Below are positions 1-7,518 of a stretch of 63,261 nt of DNA, piece after piece. The stretch comes from Thermoanaerobaculia bacterium. GTDB taxonomy: Bacteria; Acidobacteriota; Thermoanaerobaculia; Multivoradales; UBA5704. Both the position numbers and the translations under genes were made by a program. The notes under the pieces are model-generated. The model saw only the letters and a list, made by a program, of their open reading frames with translations. It searched no databases and was not told the origin of the DNA. The first letter of the stretch is position 1. Every line of letters begins with the position of its first letter. The stretch spans positions 1 through 63,261 of the forward strand of contig DASZHY010000090.1 of assembly GCA_035949675.1 (NCBI GenBank). The letters are read 5' to 3'.

Positions 1-1
1 C

Positions 2-856
2 ATCCTCTCCCAAGCAGCGGACGTCCTGGGGGAGATGATCTCCCTCAAGCAGAAGCCGCTCATCTGCTCGGAGTTCGTTTACCGCTCCTACGCCCAGGCC
101 CTCCCTGGAGCGCTCGTCATTGCCCGCGCCAGCTTCTTCGGCCCAACGCCAGTGCCACCGGTACTCCATTTTAACCTGCGCAAATGGAGCGGGTTTGACG
201 CGCCGGCGAGGGCTGAGAGCGGTCCCGTAGGATGGCCGCGAGAACGCCCTTCTCCCGAAGGCCCGTTGTTCCAGGCAGACGAGGCAACCAGCTTGTTCCT
301 CCCCAGCTCAACAACCACCGCCGACACTCAGCTAAGCGCCAACCGCGCGGTGGTTCCGGCTGCCGCAATGGCACGTAGACGCCTTCCCGACAGCTTCCTC
401 GGACGGTTCGAGTTCGACCCGACGGCGCAGGTGATCGGGGATCCAGCGCCGGAGAGTATCTCGGCGCAGCTCCTGGCGGCGGTTCTGGCCGCCGCAGTGC
501 CATCCAGAATCCATCCCGACAGCCTCCTCGGACGGCTCGGGTTCGACGCGACGGCGAAGGCGATCGGGGATCCGGCGCTGAAGAGTGTCTCGGCGGACCT
601 CGAGGAGCTCTTCAACGTCTACATCGAGGAGTGCAAAGCGGCCATTGAACCCGAAGCGATCGCCTTCCCGTCGGCGGCAGTCGTGGCCCAGCTCGGCCGG
701 TACGGGGGACTTCTACACCGAGCCTTAGATCCAGCGGCGGAGCCTCCGACCCCGAATGCCGTGACCCACCATCTGATCGACCTCGCCGCGGACTTTGTCA
801 CCCCTGGTGATCTCTTGCAGAGCGAGAGCCTGATGCCGCTGGGCTTGATCTCGTAG
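2..856 (+). CDS. Hypothetical protein, 5'-partial (frame is open to the window edge). Possible permuted papain-like (YiiX/C92-like) Cys motif, followed by a duplicated 43-aa segment
   Basis: There is no stop between nt 2 and the ATG at 35, so the gene probably starts upstream of the window. The motif 'KPLICSEFVYRSY' resembles the catalytic-Cys region of permuted NlpC/P60-type amidases. The remaining ~240 aa are unrecognised and contain an internal repeat (383-472 / 512-601). Confidence 0.4.
   Translation: MLSQAADVLGEMISLKQKPLICSEFVYRSYAQALPGALVIARASFFGPTPVPPVLHFNLRKWSGFDAPARAESGPVGWPRERPSPEGPLFQADEATSLFLPSSTTTADTQLSANRAVVPAAAMARRRLPDSFLGRFEFDPTAQVIGDPAPESISAQLLAAVLAAAVPSRIHPDSLLGRLGFDATAKAIGDPALKSVSADLEELFNVYIEECKAAIEPEAIAFPSAAVVAQLGRYGGLLHRALDPAAEPPTPNAVTHHLIDLAADFVTPGDLLQSESLMPLGLIS
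383..601 (+). repeat. Imperfect in-frame tandem duplication: two ~90-nt copies with a 129-nt period
   Basis: Copy 1 (383-472) reads cttcccgacagcttcctcggacggttcgagttcgacccgacggcgcaggtgatcgggg... Copy 2 (512-601) reads catcccgacagcctcctcggacggctcgggttcgacgcgacggcgaaggcgatcgggg... They encode LPDSFLGRFEFDPTAQVIGDPAPESISAQL and HPDSLLGRLGFDATAKAIGDPALKSVSADL. Confidence 0.8.
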
Positions 857-991
857 CAGCCCGAAGGGCGGGAAGCACTGATAGACCGACTAGGCAGCGG
901 CCCAGGCGGCAGGCCGCATCGCCGCAGAACGACCGCGTGCAGGTCGGACGGTCGAGATCCGTGACGCCCCAGATCGCCGGCCGGCATAGCC

Positions 992-1294
992 TTACCCAAC
1001 CTGGATACCATCGCTCGGTGGCAGGTAGCGAAACCGGATCAGATAGACGTTTTCGCTCTTGCCGTGCTTTGCGGTCTTCAGGAGGTCGATGACACCTGCG
1101 AAACCTGAGCGCGTCGCCAGGTCCGGCGTGATGTCGTCGAAGTCGATCGGTTCGATCGACTCCACTTCGATCTCGCCATCCTCCATGCGATAGCGGCCGC
1201 CGCCGACCTTGAGGTGGGGGCGCTTCCAGATCCGGATAGTGAGCGTGATCTCCCCTCGCCGGACTCCGTCGCGCAGGCGCTTGGCGAAAATCAT
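992..1294 (-). CDS. ASCH-domain protein (small RNA-binding-like fold)
   Basis: 'MIFAKRLRDGVRRGEITLTIRIWKRPHLKVGG..YRM' is typical of ASCH family proteins. I prefer the ATG at 1294 over the TTG at 1312, because GGAGGTG lies 9 nt upstream of that ATG. Confidence 0.6.
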   Translation of the reverse strand: MIFAKRLRDGVRRGEITLTIRIWKRPHLKVGGGRYRMEDGEIEVESIEPIDFDDITPDLATRSGFAGVIDLLKTAKHGKSENVYLIRFRYLPPSDGIQVG

Positions 1295-1963
1295 GGCCCG
1301 ATCCACCTCCAAGAGCGGTTCCGGGTTGCCATGCTACCTGGCGATTGGCTGGACGCTGATGATCGTGTCCCAGGCGTTCCTACACATGAGCGTCAACCTC
1401 GGGTGTAGCGTCAACCTGCCAGCTGTCGGTGCCGCAATCGTGCTCGAGGGGACTACCCCGGCGGAGGCCGCCGCGCTCAATCCGGCTGCACAGTCAAGGC
1501 TTGTCCGCGGCCCGCTGCCAGGGGCGTGGCGGTCGCCGGTCCCGGCGCCGGCTGCCGAAGGCGACGGCGGTGGCATGCCCGTCGGGAACACACTCAGACA
1601 GAGGCGGGATCGGGCGATGGCCCCGAAGGAGGCAACATCGCTTGGCGGCGAGACGAGGAGGAGCTAGAGACGAACCGCAGGAGATCAGCAGGGCGACCGC
1701 GGTGAAGAAGATCGAAGCGGCTCGCGACCGGGTCGCGGTCTATGCGCGACCGACGAGACCTGCGCTCCGGGGGTTGCGCAAGGGCGTCGGTCACGGTCAC
1801 GCAGAAGCCAGGCAGGCGAACGGGCTCGCTCCGCTGAAAGGATCGAGATAAAACGGGCCGCAAGCGCCGCGTTACAGGGGAATGGATCTGGCATGCGCCC
1901 TGCAGGACCCGATGCCAGCCGCTAACCATCTCACTCTAACAGTCTCGAAGAAAGGAACCAGCC

Positions 1964-2263
1964 ATGTCGATGTTGGTTTGGATCATCCTCGGGCTCGTCT
2001 CGGGCTTCATCGCCAGCAAGATCGTCAATCGCAAGGGTGAGGGATTCGTCGTGGACATCCTTCTCGGTGTCGTCGGAGCTATCGCTGGCGGCTGGCTCTT
2101 CGGAACCTTCGGCAAACTCGCTCACCTCCATCGAGTGCCGGGAGTGACCGGTCTCAACCTCGAGAGCCTTCTCGTGGCCGTCGTTGGCGCCGTCGCGGTG
2201 CTCGTCGTCTACCACGCGCTTCGTCGCAGCACGGCGGGCCACCATCGTCGTCGAGCGCGTTGA
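1964..2263 (+). CDS. GlsB/YeaQ/YmgE family (transglycosylase-associated) stress-response membrane protein
   Basis: 'WIILGLVSGFIASKIV...GFVVDILLGVVGAIAGGWLFG' is the characteristic Gly-rich three-helix pattern. An AAAGGA ribosome-binding site lies upstream of the ATG. Confidence 0.85.
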   Translation: MSMLVWIILGLVSGFIASKIVNRKGEGFVVDILLGVVGAIAGGWLFGTFGKLAHLHRVPGVTGLNLESLLVAVVGAVAVLVVYHALRRSTAGHHRRRAR

Positions 2264-2282
2264 CTCACATGCACCCTCACGC

Positions 2283-2675
2283 TCATGCTGGGCAGATAAG
2301 CGAAAAAGGCGGCCCCCAGTTCGTCGCCGAGTTCAAGGAGCAATGAGTTGGCGGACTCGAGGGCCGCCAGAGATTCGACGACAGGGCGATCGAACCGCAG
2401 CGATGAACGCCGTCCGTGGTGCCAAACGGTGGCGCGAACTCTTGGGACCGCCGCACGTGGGTGTAGGCCAGCTGCCATGCCTTGTAGCGGAGCGTGGCCC
2501 CCGCCGGCAAGTCGTAAACCAGATCATTGCGGCGAACGTCGATCTCCGGGCCCTGCGGGCTGTGGACGATCCTGTGGATCGTGCTTTGCGCGAACTTGGC
2601 GCCGGCGCCGGGCCCCACGAGACCCGCCTGGAACTCAGCCCACCTTCCGCGGTCCCCCGCCCTACCCTTGCTCAC
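2283..2675 (-). CDS. Hypothetical ORF, possibly frameshifted. Only the N-terminal ~90 aa look protein-like, and a second minus frame (2209-2478) looks protein-like further downstream
   Basis: There is no family match. Composition switches from plausible ('EFQAGLVGPGAGAKFAQSTIHRIVHSPQGPEIDVRRNDLVYDLPAGATLRYKAWQLAY') to junk near nt ~2400. From that point the other frame reads 'RFDRPVVESLAALESANSLLLELGDELGAAFFAYLPS'. Confidence 0.2.
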   Translation of the reverse strand: MSKGRAGDRGRWAEFQAGLVGPGAGAKFAQSTIHRIVHSPQGPEIDVRRNDLVYDLPAGATLRYKAWQLAYTHVRRSQEFAPPFGTTDGVHRCGSIALSSNLWRPSSPPTHCSLNSATNWGPPFSLICPA

Positions 2676-2784
2676 TTTATCGACCGCCTCCTCGGCTGTG
2701 AGCGCTTCGTCCGGTCAGAGACCCAAGTCCGCAGCGCAGGCTGAGGGGTTGCAGCCGCCGCCAACGTTCTATGAGGTGATCGGA

Positions 2785-2819
2785 GACAAGGTCCTGGCGG
2801 TGATCACATGGACCTTGTC
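2785..2819. promoter_or_regulatory. Perfect 10-bp inverted repeat (GACAAGGTCC-N15-GGACCTTGTC), 25 nt upstream of the oxidase start codon. Candidate operator or 5'-leader hairpin
   Basis: gacaaggtcc (2785-2794) and ggaccttgtc (2810-2819) were read directly. The spacer itself contains the palindrome gtgatcac. Confidence 0.3.
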
Positions 2820-2843
2820 GCTACATGACGAAAGGACAAGGGT

Positions 2844-5800
2844 ATGCCTTGGAGCGCGACGATCTCCTCCGGCGATGTAGTTGCCATCCATTCCGCCCTC
2901 GTGCCCACGGCGAACGGCGACGGCGAGATTCTCCTCTTCGGCGGCGACGATCACGATCGCGCCGCGAACGAGAACCACCAGTGGGACCATACCCGACGCT
3001 TCAATTGCCGTCATCCTACACAGCCGCTGCTCTACGTGCAGTCGCCCAACGCGGATCTATTCTGCTGCGGTCACGCCTTCACCGGGGACGGACGCTTGCT
3101 CACCGGGGGCGGGACGACGGCATTTAGTGAGGATGCCGTAGGCATCCACGCTCATCTTCACTTCGAGGGCCATCGGCGCTGCTTTGCGTATAACCCAGCG
3201 ACGATGGTGCTCGCCGAGGTGGCGAGCATGAACTTCGAACCCGGCTCGACCAGCCAGGGCGGCGGCCGCTGGTATCCCTCGCTCTGCACCCTTGCCACCG
3301 GCGAGGTACTGATAGTGGCCGGCCATCCTGCGGGGGACGACAGCCGCCACAACAACAATCACCCCGAGCGTTACCAGCCGTTGGTGGACCGCTGGGTGTT
3401 GCTCGCCGCCACCGGACCGGATGACGTGGGAGGCCCCGATCTCTTCCCGCGCCTGCATCTGCTCGCCGACGGCTCCGTCTTCGTGTCCTCGGCGCTGCAA
3501 GGCAACACCCGTTGCATCGCCATCGACCCGTGGACTGGGAGCAAGCGCGAGGTGTGCGACTTGCCCAACGGTGATTACCACGGCTACAGCTGTCCCTCGG
3601 TGCTGCTGCCGCTCACGCCGCAGGACGGCTACCAGCAGCGCGTGCTGCTCTGCGGCGGCGGGGCGTCGCAGCTGCTCGACCTGGGCGCGACCGCCCCGGC
3701 CTGGGTGACCGTCCCACGCAACGGTGCCACTGCAGCTCAAAGTCGAACCCACGCGTCGGCCACCATCCTCCCGACCGGCGACGTGCTCATGACCGGTGGC
3801 GCCGATCCGGCCACCGACCAATCCGGCGTCATGGAACCCGAGCTGTACCACACGCCGATCGACCACGCCGCCGGCACGCCGTCGTATGCGGCCGGGCCAG
3901 GAAGTTGGGACACCCTGGCCGAGCCGGCGACGGTGCTGCGGAACTATCACTCTGGCGCACTGCTGATGCCGGACGGCCGTATCTGGACGGCGGGCGGGAA
4001 CAGCCCCACGCAGCCCGACACGCCACCGGGAACGAACCAGGAACTGATCGAGATTTTCGACCCGCCCTACCCTGCCGGCACGCGGCCCAGCATCCTCAGC
4101 TGCCCGACGGTCGTCGCTTATGGCGATCAGTTTGCCGTCGACTCGCCGGACGCGCCGCACATCAGCGCGGTGACGCTCCTGCGCTGCGGCAGCTCGACGC
4201 ACGCGTTCAACCCTGATCAGCGATGCATCTTCCTGGCGTTCACGGCAGAATCGGCAACGCGACTCCGCGTCAGCGCGCCGCCCGGCGGCACCATCGCGCC
4301 ACCCGGAAACTACATGCTCTTCCTGGTCGATGACGGCGGCCGCCCGTGCCAGTACGCCAGCTTCCTACGCCTCGGCGGCACCATGTCGCTCTTCACCGAC
4401 CGCTCGACCTTCTCGCAACACGAGGTCGAGGCGCTCCTCTCGGGCTCCACCCCGTGGATCCCCGATGCGATCTACGTCGTTCTCGATGGCTTCACGCAGC
4501 TGGACACCGCCGGAACCTCCGACCGGCCCTTCCCGCCAACGCTGCAGCTCTCCTTCGAGGACGACGACTCGGCGGTCCCAGGCTTCGACGTGTCGCAGGT
4601 GTCGAGCACCCTCTACGAGAGCCCCGCCGCACCGGCGGGGGTCGCGCAGCGCATCACCATCGGCTACCAGCTCCGCTTCACCGATCCGCACGCCTTCGAC
4701 GGGATCGCGGCGGGAGACAGCCGGCGGGTGCGCGTCGCCGCCCACTGGGGACCCACGACCGCCAGCGGCGAGATCGTGATCTTCAGGCGCGAACATGTCT
4801 ATTCGCTTGACGGCCCCGTTTCCTGGCTGAGCATCGATGTGCAGGTCCTGCAGCTCCCGCGGGGCGGAGCCTTCGCGGGAAAGCAGGATGACGACCCGGC
4901 ATCGTTCATCGGCCAGGCGATTCAGGCCATGCGGACCGTTGCCGACGATTCGACCCACCCATTCGAGCAGCTCGTCGCCAACAGTGCCAACGCCGCACTG
5001 GAGTTGAACGACGCGACCGACGACGTCCTGCGGGACAACTTTGCCTTCGCGAAGGTGCGGTTTCGCGCGCCAGCGGGTGTCACGGCGCCCGACGTGAAAC
5101 TCTTCTTCAGGATGTTCACGACGGCAGCAACCTCGCTCAGCTACGACACGTCCACCGTCTACCAGCGGACCGGCGACGGGCCCACGGCCGTGGCGCTGCC
5201 CGGCACCGTCAACGGCGAGATCGTGAGCCAGCCGTTCTTTGCGGGCGCCCGCAACGCCGATCCTCAGGCTCAGCAGGATCCCGTGAATCGCTGGACGCTG
5301 GCGGGGGCCGGGGCGCAGGAAGCCGTGACCTTCTTCGGCTGCTGGCTCGATTTCAACCACGACGCCACGATCCGGAACCGGATCCGCGGGGAGCACCAAT
5401 GCCTGGTGGCAGAGATCTTCTTTCCACCGAGCCCGATCCCGGCTGGAGCAACGCCGGCAGATAACGATCAGCTTTCGCAACGCAACTTGGTCATCCTCCA
5501 CTCTGACAACCCTGGTGACGCGGCCTCCCATACCATCGCGCACACTTTCGACCTCAAGTCGTCAGCCACTGCACTGCCAACCTCGCTCATGATCGGCAAG
5601 GGTTCATTGGCGCCGCCGATCTTGGCGATCGCGTCGCAGCGCGTCATACCGCCCGACGAGCTCTTCCTCCGCTGGCACGGCTTGCCGCAGGACAGCATCG
5701 TCAGTATCTATCTCCCCGACGTCGACGTCGATCAGGTGCTTGCCGTTGCCTCTTCCCGGCCCGGCTACGGCAGTCTTGCCGCAATCGACGCTCATACGAT

Positions 5801-6536
5801 CGGCTGCCGCGTCGGCGACGCGACGTACCTGCCACTGCCCGGCGGCCGTCCCGGCAACATCGCCGGTCTGCTTACCATCCAGCTCCCGCCGACGGTGCGC
5901 GCCGGCGAGACCTACCGCGTAACGGCACATCAAATCTCCGGGCGCAACCGCAGCTTCGTCGCGAGCTTCGAGCTCACCATTCCGGTGAGCCGTGCCCCGC
6001 TCATCTTGCCTTTGGCCCAGCGTTCGTTCGTCGTGCTGCGTGAGATCGGCTCCAGCATCGCGCCGACCGACCGCTGGCGTCCGGTCTTCGACCGCTACCT
6101 GGCGGTGCTGGCCTCGCGGCTCGTGAGCCTCGGCGGCGACCCTGGCGCAGCCGGCCCCGCCGGCGGCCGAGATCGAGCAGCGCAGCGTTGCGGGTGCCGC
6201 GCATGGGTCTTTGCGGCCCTTCTCGCCCTCCTGGTCGTGGTCGTAGCCTTGCACCCCTTGCCGGGCCTTCTCGCCGAAGCCGCCGTGGCCATCGCTACCT
6301 TGGCGGCGGGTGTTTGGTGGCTCGCAAGGTGCCGGCCGCGGCGCTGCCAGGTTGTGATGGCGCTGGCCGCCGGTTTGGCGTTCGGCGGTGCTGCGTCCGC
6401 GGCACTATGGTTGCTCGGGGCGCTGCCGTCCGGCGGCGGCCTCGTGGTCGCGGCCACCTCTCTCGGCGTCGGCGCAATGGTCGCCATCGGCATCGGCTGG
6501 CGCTGTTTCCACGTCGGTGGCGTCAGCACTCCATGA
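2844..6536 (+). CDS. Copper-radical-oxidase-like protein (glyoxal/galactose oxidase N-domain plus DUF1929/E-set), fused to a ~570-aa unrecognised region and a C-terminal 4-helix membrane anchor
   Basis: Propeller motifs are 'GGRWYPSLCTLATGEVLIVAGH' and 'RNYHSGALLMPDGRIWTAGGN'. Ligand-context motifs are 'LFCCGHA', 'NYHS' and 'SSTHAFN'. The E-set tail is 'PGNYMLFLVDDGGRPCQYASFLRL'. The last ~115 aa contain four hydrophobic stretches (AWVFAALLALLVVVVAL..., AVAIATLAAGVWWLA, VVMALAAGLAFGGAASAALWLLGAL, LVVAATSLGVGAMVAIGIGW). No N-terminal signal peptide is visible. Confidence 0.8.
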   Translation: MPWSATISSGDVVAIHSALVPTANGDGEILLFGGDDHDRAANENHQWDHTRRFNCRHPTQPLLYVQSPNADLFCCGHAFTGDGRLLTGGGTTAFSEDAVGIHAHLHFEGHRRCFAYNPATMVLAEVASMNFEPGSTSQGGGRWYPSLCTLATGEVLIVAGHPAGDDSRHNNNHPERYQPLVDRWVLLAATGPDDVGGPDLFPRLHLLADGSVFVSSALQGNTRCIAIDPWTGSKREVCDLPNGDYHGYSCPSVLLPLTPQDGYQQRVLLCGGGASQLLDLGATAPAWVTVPRNGATAAQSRTHASATILPTGDVLMTGGADPATDQSGVMEPELYHTPIDHAAGTPSYAAGPGSWDTLAEPATVLRNYHSGALLMPDGRIWTAGGNSPTQPDTPPGTNQELIEIFDPPYPAGTRPSILSCPTVVAYGDQFAVDSPDAPHISAVTLLRCGSSTHAFNPDQRCIFLAFTAESATRLRVSAPPGGTIAPPGNYMLFLVDDGGRPCQYASFLRLGGTMSLFTDRSTFSQHEVEALLSGSTPWIPDAIYVVLDGFTQLDTAGTSDRPFPPTLQLSFEDDDSAVPGFDVSQVSSTLYESPAAPAGVAQRITIGYQLRFTDPHAFDGIAAGDSRRVRVAAHWGPTTASGEIVIFRREHVYSLDGPVSWLSIDVQVLQLPRGGAFAGKQDDDPASFIGQAIQAMRTVADDSTHPFEQLVANSANAALELNDATDDVLRDNFAFAKVRFRAPAGVTAPDVKLFFRMFTTAATSLSYDTSTVYQRTGDGPTAVALPGTVNGEIVSQPFFAGARNADPQAQQDPVNRWTLAGAGAQEAVTFFGCWLDFNHDATIRNRIRGEHQCLVAEIFFPPSPIPAGATPADNDQLSQRNLVILHSDNPGDAASHTIAHTFDLKSSATALPTSLMIGKGSLAPPILAIASQRVIPPDELFLRWHGLPQDSIVSIYLPDVDVDQVLAVASSRPGYGSLAAIDAHTIGCRVGDATYLPLPGGRPGNIAGLLTIQLPPTVRAGETYRVTAHQISGRNRSFVASFELTIPVSRAPLILPLAQRSFVVLREIGSSIAPTDRWRPVFDRYLAVLASRLVSLGGDPGAAGPAGGRDRAAQRCGCRAWVFAALLALLVVVVALHPLPGLLAEAAVAIATLAAGVWWLARCRPRRCQVVMALAAGLAFGGAASAALWLLGALPSGGGLVVAATSLGVGAMVAIGIGWRCFHVGGVSTP

Positions 6537-6637
6537 GCAGCCTTGCCCAAATGGACCCGGTGAGATGCCTGCCGTCCCGGCGACGCAGAAGCGGCCGGTT
6601 CCAGATTCAGGATGCTCTCGCGCCTGAGCACGAGCTA

Positions 6638-6643
6638 TATAAT
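6638..6643 (+). promoter_or_regulatory. Candidate -10 box (perfect TATAAT), 37 nt upstream of the nuclease start
   Basis: 'gagctatataatcctg' lies in an otherwise GC-rich intergenic region. A GAGGAGG ribosome-binding site precedes the ATG at 6680. No convincing -35 element was seen. Confidence 0.3.
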
Positions 6644-6679
6644 CCTGCCGGCGCGTTCGTTCTCGCGGACGAGGAGGCC

Positions 6680-7504
6680 ATGAGCACACGCTGTGTTGCC
6701 GCTTTGTCGCTCCTGCTCGCGTTGCGGCCTCATTCCGCCCTCGCCTGGGGACCGACCGGCCACCGGGTGGTGGGGCGCATCGCGGAGCGCCATCTTTCCG
6801 CGGCGGCGGCGCGCGGGGTGGCCGGCATCCTCGGTTCCGAGAGCCTCGTCCAGGCCTCCACCTGGCCCGACGAGATCCGCTCCGATCCTGCCTGGGACCA
6901 GGCCAAGCCCTGGCACTTCGTCAGCCTCGACGACAACGAGAGCTATGAGACGGCGCCGAAGAGCCCCGGCGGCGACGTGGTGGAGGCGATCGGGCGCTTC
7001 ACCCGGGTGCTGCAAGACCCCCGGGCGGAGGCGGGCAAGAAGATCGAGGCGCTGCGTTTCCTCGTTCACTTCGTCGGCGACGCGCACCAGCCTCTACACG
7101 TCGGGCGGCGTGACGATCGCGGCGGCAATGCCATCCAGGTGACCTGGTTCGGCGAGAGCACGAACCTGCACGCGGTCTGGGACGAGAAGATCATCGAGTC
7201 GGAGAAGCTCTCGTTTTCCGAGCTCGCCGAGATGGTCGATCATCCGACCCAGACCGAGATCAGGACCTGGCAAAGCACGGGCGTCCTCGACTGGATCAAG
7301 GAGTCGATGGCGGTGCGGGCACGAGTCTACGAGATCGGCGACAAGAAGCTCGAGTACCTCTATGCCTACCAGCAGGCTCCGCTCGTCAAGCGGCGCCTCC
7401 TCCAGGCCGGGGTCCGCCTCGCCGGCGTGCTCAATGCGCTGTTCGACTCGCCGGGGCCCTCGATTCCCGACCAGCCGCCGGTCAAGAACCCGCCGGCCCC
7501 GTAG
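6680..7504 (+). CDS. S1/P1-family nuclease, secreted
   Basis: A signal peptide 'MSTRCVAALSLLLALRPHSALA' is followed by the mature N-terminus 'WGPTGHRVVG'. Zn-ligand motifs are 'HFVGDAHQPLH' and 'NLHAVWD'. A GAGGAGG ribosome-binding site is present. The tracked ORF start at 6188 is an upstream read-through. Confidence 0.85.
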   Translation: MSTRCVAALSLLLALRPHSALAWGPTGHRVVGRIAERHLSAAAARGVAGILGSESLVQASTWPDEIRSDPAWDQAKPWHFVSLDDNESYETAPKSPGGDVVEAIGRFTRVLQDPRAEAGKKIEALRFLVHFVGDAHQPLHVGRRDDRGGNAIQVTWFGESTNLHAVWDEKIIESEKLSFSELAEMVDHPTQTEIRTWQSTGVLDWIKESMAVRARVYEIGDKKLEYLYAYQQAPLVKRRLLQAGVRLAGVLNALFDSPGPSIPDQPPVKNPPAP

Positions 7505-7518
7505 CGCGACGCGGCCTC

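Noticed and set aside
1888-1918. A 7-bp stem (CTGGCAT...ATGCCAG) with a 17-nt loop upstream of the GlsB-family gene, considered as a riboswitch or terminator.
   Set aside because: The stem is short, there is no U-tract, and it resembles no riboswitch class I know. In GC-rich DNA it is likely fortuitous.
6188-6679. The 5' extension of the nuclease ORF to 6188 (438 aa).
   Set aside because: The extension overlaps the oxidase gene's 3' end and is Arg-rich junk. An ATG at 6680, with a GAGGAGG ribosome-binding site, starts a clean signal peptide followed by the mature 'WGPTGH' nuclease N-terminus.
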